DNA of 64,000 bases from an uncultured Gemmatimonadota bacterium (GTDB lineage Bacteria; Blakebacterota; Blakebacteria; Blakebacterales; Blakebacteraceae): contig CAZNUA010000001.1 in NCBI GenBank assembly GCA_964576115.1, positions 62,001-126,000 on the forward strand, given 5' to 3'. Positions 41,308 through 52,003 of the stretch are shown piece by piece (the first letter of the stretch is position 1; each line of letters starts with the position of its first letter). The position numbers were made by a program, and so were the translations under genes. Below the pieces are notes generated by a model. It worked only from the letters and a program-made list of their open reading frames with translations. It did not search any database and had not been told where the DNA came from.

Positions 41308-42900
41308 ATGATCCGAACCAGCGCCCGTTTCCCGAGCCGCCGTTCCCACTCCCTTACCTGCGTTGCGGTCCTCGCCGCCGGCACCCTGCTGCTGGGCTGT
41401 GCCGTTCCCGGGACCGCGCTCTCCCAGACCCGCACGCGACAGACCGATCCCCCCGTCGCCGAACAGCGCCGCCACGAACCGGACGCCTCTTTCATGCGGG
41501 CCGCCCTGGGATTGCCCTTCATCGAGGAAGCACAGCTCGAGGAGATGATCTACGAACTCGCCTCGCCCGCTTTCGCCGGACGGCTGACCGGTACGGCCGG
41601 ATACGATCTGGCGGCCCGCTTCGGCGTCGAGCACATGCGGGCCGCCGGCCTGCAGCCGGGAGGGCCGGAGGGGACCTGGCTGCAGCCCTTCACGGTCGAA
41701 ACCAATCTGATCACCGGCCCGATGGAGCTGCGGGTCGAGCACGAGGGCTGGCGCGGCGCCCCCTACCGTTTCGGCCGCGACTACGTGGCCCGCGGTTTCA
41801 CGGGCAGCGGCCGGATCGAAAGCGCTGAAGTCGTCTTCGTCGGTTACGGCCTGGTCGACAATGAGGGCGATTGGGACGACTATGCCGGGATCGATACCCG
41901 CGGCAAAGCGGCCCTGATGTTCATGGGCGCGCCCCGCAACGGCGTCGACTGGGGCGAGCGGAGCCGGCCGCGCTACAAAGCCACCGTGGCCAAAGAGCGT
42001 GGAGCGGTGGCGATCCTGCTCATCGACGATCCCGGGGACGGGGTCCTCAGCCCGATCGTGAGTGTCTATCACGGCATGGTGGGTTCACAACAGACCGATC
42101 TGCCGCAGCTCTCGATCCGCAACCGCATTGCCGACGACCTGCTCTACGGCCTGCCGCACACGGCCGTCAATTTGCGCCGCGCGATCAACGAATCTGGCGG
42201 CTCCCATTCGATGGAGCTGAACACCCGGGTGACCATCGAGGCCCACGCGGAATACACCGCCGAGGCCCAGACCTGGAACGTGGTCGGCTGGATCGAAGGC
42301 AGCGATCCAGCGGTGCGCGACGAATGGGTGGTCGTGGGCGGTCATCTCGACCACGTCGGTCAGCAGGCCGACATGCTCTGCGCCGGAGCCCAGGACAACG
42401 CCTCGGGTTCGGTCATGGTCCTGGGCATGGCTGCGGCCATGGCCCGGGCTCCGGTCAAACCGCGCCGCAGCGTCTGCTTCGTGCTCTTCGCCGGTGAAGA
42501 GCTCTTCCTGCTCGGTTCGGAGTACTTCGCCTCGGATCCCCCCCGTCCGATCGAGAACTGCGTCGGGATGATCAACCTCGACATGGTCGGTACCGGCCCC
42601 CGTCTGGCGATGGATGGCGGCGCCACGACACCGATCTTCCAGGAGTTCGTCGAACAGGCCGACCGGTACTACGGCGGGCTGGGGATCGCCGAGCGCGATC
42701 CGACGCAGATCAGGGCCGGGGCGAGCGATCACTCGGCTTTCGTGAACGCCGGCGTGCCGACGGTCTACTTCCACTCCAGCGGGGCCAGGGGGCGGGCTCA
42801 CACCCCCGAAGACGTGCCTGAAACGATCGATTACGACGCCTTCTACCGTACCACCCGGGTCGTCTACATGACCCTGTTCCAGATGGCCGACCGACCGTAG
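41308..42900 (+). CDS. M28 family peptidase with PA domain, secreted
   Basis: GRLTGT, VFVGYG, GGHLDHVG, GAQDNASG, FAGEE, NLDMVG and SDHSAF motifs. Confidence 0.93.
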   Translation: MIRTSARFPSRRSHSLTCVAVLAAGTLLLGCAVPGTALSQTRTRQTDPPVAEQRRHEPDASFMRAALGLPFIEEAQLEEMIYELASPAFAGRLTGTAGYDLAARFGVEHMRAAGLQPGGPEGTWLQPFTVETNLITGPMELRVEHEGWRGAPYRFGRDYVARGFTGSGRIESAEVVFVGYGLVDNEGDWDDYAGIDTRGKAALMFMGAPRNGVDWGERSRPRYKATVAKERGAVAILLIDDPGDGVLSPIVSVYHGMVGSQQTDLPQLSIRNRIADDLLYGLPHTAVNLRRAINESGGSHSMELNTRVTIEAHAEYTAEAQTWNVVGWIEGSDPAVRDEWVVVGGHLDHVGQQADMLCAGAQDNASGSVMVLGMAAAMARAPVKPRRSVCFVLFAGEELFLLGSEYFASDPPRPIENCVGMINLDMVGTGPRLAMDGGATTPIFQEFVEQADRYYGGLGIAERDPTQIRAGASDHSAFVNAGVPTVYFHSSGARGRAHTPEDVPETIDYDAFYRTTRVVYMTLFQMADRP

Positions 42901-42963
42901 AGATGCGGTCGGACGAATCGGTTCGGCGGCACTGAAGAGGACCGTTTCGACGCCTGAAGCGGT

Positions 42964-43980
42964 TCAGGGAGTCAGGATCACTTTACCCCGGTTGCGCCGA
43001 TCCTGGATGTAGTGGTGGGCCGCTGCAGCCTCGGCCAGGGGAAAGGTGCGATCCACGATCGGATCGAACACGCCCTGCTGGAGCAGGGGCAGCATCTCGG
43101 CGAACTCCCCGGCCAGAAGGTCGGGCCGGTGCCAGAGGTGACCGATATGCACCCCGGCCACGCCGCGGTTCTTGATCATCATCCGGATGGGACTGAAACG
43201 TGGCGTGCGCAGGTAGTTGACGAAGGCCCGGAGCAGATTGCGTTTCTTGGCGGGCGCGCCAGAGGAGATCCCGAACAGGATGAGCCGGCCGGTATGGGCC
43301 AGAAGTTCGAAGTCGCGCTTGAGGCCGGGTCCGCCGAGAGGATTGAGGATCATCTCCACCCCCTCGCCTCCGGTCCGCTCGCGCAGCTCTTCCTCCCAGC
43401 CCTCGGTGCGGTAATCGAAAAGGTGCTCGACACCCAGCGAACGCAGGAAATCGTGCTTGCCGGCCGAGGCGGTACCGTAGATCTCGGCCCCGTGGTGGCG
43501 GGCGATCTGCACCGCCGCCGTCCCCACGCCGCCGCCGGCGTTCTGGATCAGCACCCGCTCGCCGCGATGGATGTTCCCGATATAGACCATGGTGTGCCAG
43601 GCGGTGATATAGGTGACCGGGAAAGCCGCTGCGGCCACGGCGTCGAGCCGGGCGGGCCGAGGCAGAAGAAGATCGGCGGAGGTGACGACGGTATCGGCAT
43701 AGCAGCCGAAATTGCGCATGCCGATGACCTCATCCCCGGGAGCGACCGCAGTCACTCCTTCTCCCACGACATCGACCGTTCCGGCGAACTCGTAGCCGGT
43801 GACGAAGGGGGGCTTACCCGAATCGGGGTACAGCCCCATCCGGGCGGTGATATCGGCGAAGTTGACCCCGATGGCGGCCGTCCGCACCCGGACTTCGCCG
43901 GGACCGGGTACGGGATCGGGCAGCTCGAGATACTCGAGGACCTCGGGGGCTCCAAAACGGGGCACGCGAACGGTATGCAT
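42964..43980 (-). CDS. MDR family NADPH:quinone oxidoreductase (VAT-1-like)
   Basis: GVNFADI, GYEFAG, NAGGGVG and RNRGKVIL motifs; RBS GGAGGAG. Confidence 0.92.
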   Translation of the reverse strand: MHTVRVPRFGAPEVLEYLELPDPVPGPGEVRVRTAAIGVNFADITARMGLYPDSGKPPFVTGYEFAGTVDVVGEGVTAVAPGDEVIGMRNFGCYADTVVTSADLLLPRPARLDAVAAAAFPVTYITAWHTMVYIGNIHRGERVLIQNAGGGVGTAAVQIARHHGAEIYGTASAGKHDFLRSLGVEHLFDYRTEGWEEELRERTGGEGVEMILNPLGGPGLKRDFELLAHTGRLILFGISSGAPAKKRNLLRAFVNYLRTPRFSPIRMMIKNRGVAGVHIGHLWHRPDLLAGEFAEMLPLLQQGVFDPIVDRTFPLAEAAAAHHYIQDRRNRGKVILTP

Positions 43981-44053
43981 GACTCTCTCCTCCACATGCT
44001 GTAGTGTATCATAGTTTGCAGCTCGGACCGCTTCCTGTCTGCGGAGAAATGCA

Positions 44054-45217
44054 ATGTCCTTTCCCCGCCTCATGACCCTCGTCTGTCTGGGAGCCGGATT
44101 GCTGGCCGCCTGCGGTGCAGAGCGGGCCCCGCGCCGGGAAGAGATCGACGGGGTGGAGTACGTGCATAACCACGTCCGGCCTCTCGATGGCGATCCCCTG
44201 CCCGCTCCCGGGCCCGCCCGCGACCTGCTCGTTCTCGAAGCGGGCAGCAATGACATTCCCCCCTTCACGGCGATCAGGGACGTCCAGGCCGGTCCCCACC
44301 GCACCTGGGCCGCGCTCGATCTGCATCGCAATGAGATCGCCTGGTTCGACCCTGACGGCCTGATCACCCTGCGAATGGATCTGAGCGATCCCACCCTGGG
44401 CTTGACCAGCCCGGTCGGTCTGGCGCTGCTTCGTTCGGGGGGGCTCTGTATCGACATGGCCCTGCGCCGGGCCGTCATTTTCTCCAACGCGGGCGAGCTG
44501 GAAGGTACCGTTGACCTCGAACCGGGGATTCCGCTCGATATCGGGCTGGGCACCCGCAGCGATTTCTTCGTCCTGACGAGTCTGCGGAGCCCGGACGGTC
44601 AGGAAGAGCTGACCCGCGTCAGGCGTTTCGACTTCTCGGGGCGCAGTCACCCGATCGCCGGCGCCGACAGTCTGCTGCTCGATCGGCGACGCACCGCCGG
44701 GATCAGAACCCCACTGCCGATCAGCCTGGCGGTGGCCGATGACGGCACCCTCTGGGCGGCGGCTCTCGACTACACCCTGCATCAGGTCCTGCCCGACGGC
44801 CGGCACCGGGTCGTGACCCGTTCTCCCCGCGAGAACCGTGTTCCCGACTGGCTGCTGGAGGAACGACGACGGCTGATGCGCTTCCGGGTCAGCACCCAGC
44901 GCCAGAATGTTCCTATCGTGGAGCCGACCCGGATCCACGCCCTGCTCGCACTCGATGATACCGGCTGTCTGGTACAGACCACCGACTGGCACCCCGAACT
45001 GCTCGACCGCCGCTATGCCGGACGGCAATCCGTCCTTCTCCTCGACCGCTTCGACCCGGATGGTGCGTACCTGTACCGCTACGCCGTCGAACTGCCCCTG
45101 CCGCAGATGGAGATAACTCTGACCGATGCCGCCGACGGATTGATCTACGGGTACGCCGAGCCGCTGCACGGAGAGAGAGCCGTCGCGGTCTTCCGTTTCG
45201 CCCTGCCCCGGCGCTGA
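44054..45217 (+). CDS. Beta-propeller-like lipoprotein
   Basis: Lipobox LAAC; EEIDGVEYVHN N-terminus resembling 46484..47668; DRFDPDGAYL. Confidence 0.75.
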   Translation: MSFPRLMTLVCLGAGLLAACGAERAPRREEIDGVEYVHNHVRPLDGDPLPAPGPARDLLVLEAGSNDIPPFTAIRDVQAGPHRTWAALDLHRNEIAWFDPDGLITLRMDLSDPTLGLTSPVGLALLRSGGLCIDMALRRAVIFSNAGELEGTVDLEPGIPLDIGLGTRSDFFVLTSLRSPDGQEELTRVRRFDFSGRSHPIAGADSLLLDRRRTAGIRTPLPISLAVADDGTLWAAALDYTLHQVLPDGRHRVVTRSPRENRVPDWLLEERRRLMRFRVSTQRQNVPIVEPTRIHALLALDDTGCLVQTTDWHPELLDRRYAGRQSVLLLDRFDPDGAYLYRYAVELPLPQMEITLTDAADGLIYGYAEPLHGERAVAVFRFALPRR

Positions 45218-45280
45218 CATTTTCTGTCACCCTTCACCGTCCTGTGATCCGGTACCGGACGGGACTCGAACCCGAGCCCA

Positions 45281-45700
45281 TCATTCCCCGATGATCTTGA
45301 CCAGCACCCGCTTGCGCCGCCGGCCGTCGAACTCGCCGTAATAAATCTGCTCCCAGGGGCCGAAGTCGAGTTCGCCGCCGGTCAGGGCCACGACGACCTC
45401 GCGTCCCATGATCTGGCGTTTGAGGTGAGCATCACCATTGTCTTCACCGGTGCGGTTGTGCCGGTAGTGATCGGTCGGTTCGTGCGGAGCCAATTCCTCG
45501 AGCCAGTCATCGTAATCCTGCAGCAGACCGGGTTCGGCATCATTGATATAGACACTGGCCGTGATATGCATCGCATTCACCAGGCAGAGACCTTCCTGGA
45601 TGCCGCTTTTCTGCACACATTCCTTTACATTACGGGTGATATTCAGATAGTCCCGACGGTGTGGGGTTTCGAACCAGAGATATTCGGTGAAAGATTCCAT
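45281..45700 (-). CDS. yjbQ: YjbQ / UPF0047 family protein
   Basis: MHITASV, NGDAHLK and [13 protein letters not shown] motifs. Confidence 0.93.
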   Translation of the reverse strand: MESFTEYLWFETPHRRDYLNITRNVKECVQKSGIQEGLCLVNAMHITASVYINDAEPGLLQDYDDWLEELAPHEPTDHYRHNRTGEDNGDAHLKRQIMGREVVVALTGGELDFGPWEQIYYGEFDGRRRKRVLVKIIGE

Positions 45701-45768
45701 TTTTGCGACTCCTTTCATGCCGAACAGAGTAGAAGCGCCACCGGATAATGACAACATATCCGGCTACG

Positions 45769-45786
45769 GGTAATATTTGTATTACC
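45769..45786. promoter_or_regulatory. Inverted repeat in the AT-rich divergent promoter region
   Basis: GGTAATA-TTTG-TATTACC. Confidence 0.4.
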
Positions 45787-45920
45787 AATCGTTTCCCAAA
45801 TGATAATCTGTATGGAATATAAACGTATATTTTGTATTATGAACTTGCTGTTCTTCATGCCGATCATATTTTAAAACCTGTCCTATACAAGAAACCCACA
45901 GTCTCTGGAGGCAGACGTCC

Positions 45921-46178
45921 ATGGCAAAGTTCGAACACATCACCGGTGGCGAAGCCGACAAGCGTTTCGCCAAGAGTCGCGTGCATAACGTCACCCGCGA
46001 GTACATGACCTACCTCGACACCCTGTCGGGTCAGGGCGGCGTCGGAGTTCTGAAGCCGGGCCGCGGGGAGAGCCTGACCACCCTGCGTAACCGGGTTCGC
46101 CGGGCCGCCGACCTGCTCGAGATCAAAATCAAGACGCAGAAAGACGGCGAGGACCTGCTGGTCAAAGTTCTGAAGTAG
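45921..46178 (+). CDS. Small basic hypothetical protein (85 aa)
   Basis: RBS GGAGG, high-GC3 codon pattern, own downstream terminator. Confidence 0.8.
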   Translation: MAKFEHITGGEADKRFAKSRVHNVTREYMTYLDTLSGQGGVGVLKPGRGESLTTLRNRVRRAADLLEIKIKTQKDGEDLLVKVLK

Positions 46179-46274
46179 TTCGCCGGGCCGGGTTCTGTCC
46201 GGATCCGTCACCGGCTGTAGCCGGAAAGAACGATCGGAACAGACAACCGGCCGGGTTCGCCCGACGACAGGAGG

Positions 46275-46307
46275 AAAGGCAGCTCCAAGGAGCTGCCTTT
46301 TCTGTTT
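46275..46307 (+). terminator. Intrinsic terminator
   Basis: AAAGGCAGCTC-CAAG-GAGCTGCCTTT followed by TCTGTTT. Confidence 0.85.
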
Positions 46308-46483
46308 GAAGCTGTCACGGTTCCCCGGACACCGCACTGTGCCCGGCGGTGCCGGGGAGTCCGGCGATATTGTCGTGAAAAAATGAGCGGCCGGGGCCGT
46401 ACTGTGTTTCATAGAGAGGCCGATAAGCCCATACTGTCCGTTCATACCCGACGGCCCGTACCCGAACCGAGGTGGTACCAGAC

Positions 46484-47668
46484 ATGTCGACGCACGCGAA
46501 CCACGGCCTGAGAGGCCTGACCATACTGTCCTTTCTCATCCTTCTGGTTGTCACAGCCTGTTCGGGACAGCGGGCCACCACCCAGATGATCGACGGGGTG
46601 CTGCACGTCATCAACGCCGAGGAGCCTCTGCGTCCAAACATGGAGATCGGCTTCGAGGAACTCTTCCGCATCGGCGATGACGAGAACGCCGGGGACGAGT
46701 ACATCTTCACCGGCATCGGCGGCATCGCGGTCAGCGAGAACCACGACATCTACATCCAGATCGTCCGGGAAGACATCGTCCGCGCCTTCGATAGCGAGGG
46801 GCAATTCATCCGCACCATCGGCCGGCAGGGCCAGGGGCCTGGTGAGATGTACCTGGCCCAGGGCGTCAGTTTCGGTCCCGACGGGAACATCTGGGTTCCG
46901 AGCGCCGGTTCGGTCCGCATCGTGGTCTTCACGCCCGAAGGTGAGTTCGTCAAGAACATCCCCTTCGGTCAGGTTCCCCCGATGCTCATCCAGACCACCG
47001 CCGACGGCTTCATGGGGATCCATGTCGAACCCCGTCCCATCGGAGACGGGCAGGTCGAACTGAGCTATCTCCTGCGCCGCTTCAACGCCGACGGCGACAC
47101 CCTGAACACACTCTTCAAAGCCACTTTCCAGATGGACATACAGGACCTGCAGCTCGGCGGGTTGCAGGAGAACGTGCCGCTCTACACCCAAGACAGCGAG
47201 AGCCGTATCTGGCAGTGCCGGCCCCGCTCCGACGTCTACCAGATCACCGTCTGGAACAGCGACGGCACCACGAACATGGTGGTCGAAAAGGACGTCCCCC
47301 CGATCCCGAAATCGGAGCAGGAGATCGAAGAGGAACGCGAGACTGTCTTGAGCATCATCGAGCAGCAGTCCGGTGGCCAGCTGCCTCCCGACTTCACGAT
47401 CGACTATGAGCCCGACCCCCACCGGGCCTTCCTCGGCCTGCTCTACTACGACCCGGCCGGCTACATCTGGGCCCAGGTCAGCCAGGAGGGCACCCACAAC
47501 GGCAACGCCTTTGATATCTTCGATCTGCGCGGTCAGTTCATGCAGCGGATCTTCATCGAGGGAGTGAACAACCCGGCCTTCCTGCAGTTCGTGGGCGACC
47601 GGCTCTATCTGGTCGAGGCCGATCCAATGGAGATCCCGATCGTGATCGCCTACCGGCTCGACCGGTAA
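46484..47668 (+). CDS. 6-bladed beta-propeller lipoprotein
   Basis: Lipobox VTAC; FDSEGQFIRTIGRQGQGPGE and FDIFDLRGQF motifs. Confidence 0.85.
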   Translation: MSTHANHGLRGLTILSFLILLVVTACSGQRATTQMIDGVLHVINAEEPLRPNMEIGFEELFRIGDDENAGDEYIFTGIGGIAVSENHDIYIQIVREDIVRAFDSEGQFIRTIGRQGQGPGEMYLAQGVSFGPDGNIWVPSAGSVRIVVFTPEGEFVKNIPFGQVPPMLIQTTADGFMGIHVEPRPIGDGQVELSYLLRRFNADGDTLNTLFKATFQMDIQDLQLGGLQENVPLYTQDSESRIWQCRPRSDVYQITVWNSDGTTNMVVEKDVPPIPKSEQEIEEERETVLSIIEQQSGGQLPPDFTIDYEPDPHRAFLGLLYYDPAGYIWAQVSQEGTHNGNAFDIFDLRGQFMQRIFIEGVNNPAFLQFVGDRLYLVEADPMEIPIVIAYRLDR

Positions 47669-47711
47669 CAGAACCGCATTTCAGAGCACGAATGCAGCCT
47701 GGGGAAAATGT

Positions 47712-48080
47712 TCAGCTCTTCAGGCTGCGTTCGAAGACCGATACCAGCTCGCCGATCTTCTCTGCCCGATCGGCCTCGGAGCCGCCGGTGAAGGCGGCAT
47801 AGACGCAGTGGTTGACGTGCGCTTCGAGCAGGCGGGCGGCCACCTTACCAAGAGCGCCGCGCACCGCCGAGATCTGCTGGAGCACGTCGACGCAGTACAC
47901 CTCTTCCTCGACCATGCGCTGAATGCCGGCCAGCTGGCCCGAGAGGCGGGCCAGACGGCGCCGGATCTCCTCTTTGACCGCCGGCGTGTGCAGGCTGCCC
48001 GTTCCCGATTCCGAACCGGTCCCGCGGCCGGTTCCGCGGTCGGTTCCGGAGGGCTCCTTTTTCTCGACGCTCATTCTCAT
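47712..48080 (-). CDS. csoR: CsoR family metal-sensitive transcriptional repressor
   Basis: RLARLSGQLAGIQRM, YCVDVLQQ and HVNHC motifs; lies downstream of copA. Confidence 0.9.
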   Translation of the reverse strand: MRMSVEKKEPSGTDRGTGRGTGSESGTGSLHTPAVKEEIRRRLARLSGQLAGIQRMVEEEVYCVDVLQQISAVRGALGKVAARLLEAHVNHCVYAAFTGGSEADRAEKIGELVSVFERSLKS

Positions 48081-48135
48081 TCTCCTTCAGCGAAGGGACG
48101 CAGGCCTGGTCTGTCCGGATCGTATGAAATGTGTC

Positions 48136-50439
48136 TCACGGCACATCGGCCGAGATGTCGGCCCGGCGCAGCCGGGCGCTGTTGGAGACCACATTGATAC
48201 TCGAGAAAGCCATGGCGGCTTCGGCGATGAGGGGATGGAGCAGACCCAGAACCGCCAGCGGAATGGCCACCAGGTTATAAATGAAAGCCCAGAAGAGATT
48301 CTGGCGGATTTTCCGGAAAGTCGCCCGGGAGAGTTTGACGGCCCTGATAACGGTCCTCAGTTCCCCCTGCACCAGGGTGATGTCGGCTGATTCGATGGCG
48401 ATGTCGGTCCCTGTGCCGAGGGCGATCCCCACATCGGCCGCGGCCAGAGCCGGGGCATCGTTGATGCCGTCGCCGACCATGGCCACGACCTGTCCGGCGG
48501 CCTGCAGGCGGGTTACTTCTTCGCTCTTGGCTGCGGGCATGATGCCGGCCAGCACCCGCTCGATCCCTGTCTGAGCGGCAACAGCCCGTGCGGTACGCTC
48601 GTTATCGCCGGTGATCATGACCGGTTCGAGTCCCAGCCGGCGCAGTCCGGCCACGGCCTCGGCGGCATCGGGCTTGAGGGTATCGGCCACCGCGATCGCG
48701 CCGAGAATGCACTCAGCGTCGGCCAGAGCCACCACCGTCTTTCCCTGTTCCTCGAGTTCGGCAAAGACGATCTCGCCGGCCGTCGTGTCGAGCCCCGCCC
48801 CGTTCAGAAATTCCCGCGAACCCGCCAGCATCGTCCTCCCCGCCAGCCGGGCAGTGATCCCGTGACCCGGCACGGCTTCTGCGTCTCGAACATCGCTGAG
48901 GGACAAACCGCGCTCGGCCGCAGACTCCGCAATGGCCCGGCCCACCGGGTGCTCGGAGTCCTGTTCGATCGAGGCTGCCAGGCGTAGCAGTTCGTCGGCG
49001 GTGATTTCGGGTACGAGCGGTACGAGATCGGTCACGACCGGTCGACCGACTGTCAGGGTGCCGGTCTTGTCGAGCAGGAGAACGTCCACCTCGCCCAGAC
49101 GCTGGATCGCCTCGCCGCGGCGGATGAGAATGCCCTTCTCGGCGCCCATACCGCTGCCCACCATCAGGGCGGTGGGAGTGGCCAGACCGAGAGCGCAGGG
49201 ACAGGCGATGACGAGCACGGCGATAGCTGCAAACAGAGCCAGGCTGAACGTTCCCCGCCCCGGGTCGACCCAGGGCAGGAAACCGGCGGCCCAGGCCGCC
49301 ACGGCCTGCATGACCCCGGGCAGCAGGAGCCAGAGAGCCAGGGTGAGGGCGGCCAGAGCAATCACGACCGGCACGAAGAGAGCGGTGACCCGGTCGGCGA
49401 AGAGCTGGATCGGCACTTCGCTGGCCTGGGCCTGCTCGACCAGGCGGATGACCTGGGCCAGAAAGGTGTCCTCTCCCACGCCGGTGGCCCGAACCCGCAG
49501 AACCCCCTCGCCGTTGATCGTGGCGCCGATCACGCGCTCGCCCGCCGTACGGACGACCGGCAGCGATTCGCCGGTGGCGATCGATTCGTCCACGTTCGAG
49601 GTCCCCTCGACCACCTCGCCGTCGGTGGGGATCTTCTCCCCCGGACGGACGATCATCACGTCCCCGACCCGGACCTGCTCGATCCCCACCTCCATGAGGC
49701 GGCCTTCCCGCTCGATACGGGCGGTGCGGGCTTCAAGGGTGAGCAGTGTGCGGATCGCACCCGAGGCTCGCCCGCGCGAGCGGGCTTCGATGTACCTCCC
49801 GGTCAGGTGAAAGGCCATGATCATCGCCCCCACCCCGGCGTAGTTCAACACATGGGAGGCCGCGGTCAGGTGACTGAAAAGGGCGGAGATACCGGTCAGC
49901 AGCGATGCGCCCGAACCCATGGTAATGAGCACATCCATGTTCGGAGCCAGGTTCAGGGTCGATTTCCAGGCGCTTCGCAGAGTCGGGAAGCCGGCGACGG
50001 TGACGACCGGCAGGGCGAGCGCTACCATACCCAGATGGAAGAAAAACGGCGTGGGCCACATGAGGCCGAAAAACATTTCGGGAATCATCCAGAGCATGAT
50101 CGGCACCGAGAGACCCCACGCCAGAAACATGCGGCGACGGGCTTGAGCCACTTTGTGCCGATCGGCTTCGAGCAGTTCTTCCCGCCGCTCGGTATCCGAC
50201 GCGGGGGCCTTGAGGACGAAACCGGCCCGGTCGACGGCGTCAGCGAGCGCGCCGAACTCGGGAGCCTGCGTGGCCAGGTCGATATAAGCCTGCTCGGTGG
50301 CCAGGTTGACCTTCACGTCAGCCACGCCGCTCACGCCTCGCAGCGCCTTCTCCACGCTGGCCACGCAACCGGCACAGTGCATACCCTCGACCGTGCAGGT
50401 CAGTTGCGTATCGGTTCGACCCGCTTTCTCGTCACCCAT
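48136..50439 (-). CDS. copA: Cu(I)-translocating P1B-1 ATPase
   Basis: GMHCAGC, TGES, CPC, DKTGT, SEHP, GDGIND, YN and MxxSS motifs. Confidence 0.95.
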   Translation of the reverse strand: MGDEKAGRTDTQLTCTVEGMHCAGCVASVEKALRGVSGVADVKVNLATEQAYIDLATQAPEFGALADAVDRAGFVLKAPASDTERREELLEADRHKVAQARRRMFLAWGLSVPIMLWMIPEMFFGLMWPTPFFFHLGMVALALPVVTVAGFPTLRSAWKSTLNLAPNMDVLITMGSGASLLTGISALFSHLTAASHVLNYAGVGAMIMAFHLTGRYIEARSRGRASGAIRTLLTLEARTARIEREGRLMEVGIEQVRVGDVMIVRPGEKIPTDGEVVEGTSNVDESIATGESLPVVRTAGERVIGATINGEGVLRVRATGVGEDTFLAQVIRLVEQAQASEVPIQLFADRVTALFVPVVIALAALTLALWLLLPGVMQAVAAWAAGFLPWVDPGRGTFSLALFAAIAVLVIACPCALGLATPTALMVGSGMGAEKGILIRRGEAIQRLGEVDVLLLDKTGTLTVGRPVVTDLVPLVPEITADELLRLAASIEQDSEHPVGRAIAESAAERGLSLSDVRDAEAVPGHGITARLAGRTMLAGSREFLNGAGLDTTAGEIVFAELEEQGKTVVALADAECILGAIAVADTLKPDAAEAVAGLRRLGLEPVMITGDNERTARAVAAQTGIERVLAGIMPAAKSEEVTRLQAAGQVVAMVGDGINDAPALAAADVGIALGTGTDIAIESADITLVQGELRTVIRAVKLSRATFRKIRQNLFWAFIYNLVAIPLAVLGLLHPLIAEAAMAFSSINVVSNSARLRRADISADVP

Positions 50440-50482
50440 GACCCGTCCTCCTCACGCACCCGACGAACGTTTCACACACACG

Positions 50483-50506
50483 TATACTATACTGGTGTAT
50501 AGTATA
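50483..50506. promoter_or_regulatory. Putative CsoR operator
   Basis: Perfect 10-bp inverted repeat TATACTATAC-TGGT-GTATAGTATA 43 nt upstream of copA. Confidence 0.75.
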
Positions 50507-50647
50507 TAACATGGGCGGGCGGCCGCCTACAGAGATCGGGCTCGCCCGAGCTGCCGGTTGCGCCCGCCGCCGGCACGCAGCATCATCCTCACGGCACGTC
50601 AAGCGGACGGAACGGAAGGCCTCCGCAGGCGGAGGAGCAGGACGCTG

Positions 50648-51946
50648 GTGACTGATGAACCGGAACAAGCGGGTATGATGCAGAGCGGCGGAGCGGGTTC
50701 GTCGGGAAGCGACCGACGCGGCACCCCGGAGGAAATCCGGGCAACCGGAGGACGCCGGTCTCCACTTTTCGTCGTCATGACGACCGTCTTCATCGACCTG
50801 GTCGGTTTCAGCATCATCATCCCCATCCTCCCCTTCTACGCCCGGGACTTCGGAGCCAGCGAGTTCATCATCGGACTGCTCTTCGCCTCGTACAGCCTGA
50901 TGCAGTTCTTTTTCTCGCCGGTCTGGGGCCGGGTCAGCGACCGGATCGGCCGTCGGCCGGTGCTGCTGCTCTGCCTGGCCGGCACGGCGGTCGCCTTCCT
51001 GCTTTTCGGACTGGCGAAATCCCTCGTTCTGCTCTTCGCCGGCCGCATCCTGGCCGGCCTGTTCGGCGGCGTGATCACGACCGCCTACGCCTATATCGCC
51101 GACGTGACCGGACCCCAGGAGCGGGCCGGAGGAATGGGTCTGGTCGGCGCGGCTTTCGGACTCGGATTCATCCTCGGGCCCTTCATCGGAGGCCTCATGG
51201 CCGAGGCCTGGGGCTATGCCGCCCCGGCTTTTTTCGCCGCCGCCCTGGCCCTGGCCAACACCATCCTGGCCCTCTTCGTCCTGCCCGAGACCTGGCCTCC
51301 CGAGGCCCGCCGGCGGGCCCGGGCCGGGAAAAGCAGCGGCGGGCTGTTCGGCAGCCGCCGACTGCTGGCCGCCCTGAGACTGCCCGAAGTCGGGATCCTG
51401 CTCTTCCTGCACTTCCTGATCACCTTCGCCCTGGCCAACATGGAATCCACCTACGCCCTGCTGACCGCTCACCTCTTCGGTTGGGGCGCCGGAGCCAACG
51501 GGCTCGTCTTCGGGTACTTCGGGATCATCATGGTGATCATGCAGGGGGTACTCATCCGCCCCCTCGCCCGCCGCTTCGGAGAACGACGGCTGGTCATCAG
51601 CGGTACGGCTCTGCTCGTTCCCGCTCTCGGACTCCTGCCCTTCAGCCCGGGAGTGGCCGTCCTGCTTCTGATCAGCGGGGTGATGGCGGTGGGCAGCGGT
51701 CTGACCATCCCCAGTCTCTCGAGCCTGATTTCGCGGGGAGTCGGCCCTTCCGAACAGGGCGGGATCATGGGCGTGAACCAGAGTCTGGGCAGCCTGGCCC
51801 GCGTGCTCGGGCCGCTGTGGGGGGGATTCACCTTCGGCGCCCTCTCGCCGAGTTCCCCCTACTGGACCGCCGCCCTGCTCATGGCTGGAGCCGCCCTGCT
51901 GGCCCGGTACCTGCTCCGGGAGACAAATCCGGCGCCCGCCGGTTGA
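50648..51946 (+). CDS. MFS transporter (TetA/DHA1-like)
   Basis: GRVSDRIGRRPVL motif A, GFILGPFIGG motif C, 12-TM pattern. Start uncertain. Confidence 0.92.
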   Translation: MTDEPEQAGMMQSGGAGSSGSDRRGTPEEIRATGGRRSPLFVVMTTVFIDLVGFSIIIPILPFYARDFGASEFIIGLLFASYSLMQFFFSPVWGRVSDRIGRRPVLLLCLAGTAVAFLLFGLAKSLVLLFAGRILAGLFGGVITTAYAYIADVTGPQERAGGMGLVGAAFGLGFILGPFIGGLMAEAWGYAAPAFFAAALALANTILALFVLPETWPPEARRRARAGKSSGGLFGSRRLLAALRLPEVGILLFLHFLITFALANMESTYALLTAHLFGWGAGANGLVFGYFGIIMVIMQGVLIRPLARRFGERRLVISGTALLVPALGLLPFSPGVAVLLLISGVMAVGSGLTIPSLSSLISRGVGPSEQGGIMGVNQSLGSLARVLGPLWGGFTFGALSPSSPYWTAALLMAGAALLARYLLRETNPAPAG

Positions 51947-52003
51947 AAGACCTGATCGCAGCCGCCGGGCCGCCGGGATACGACCACACCGTGGGAGGTG
52001 ACG

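Noticed and set aside
45255-45330. Complete tRNA gene
   Set aside because: Only a T-arm-like fragment exists; the upstream part is yjbQ coding sequence.
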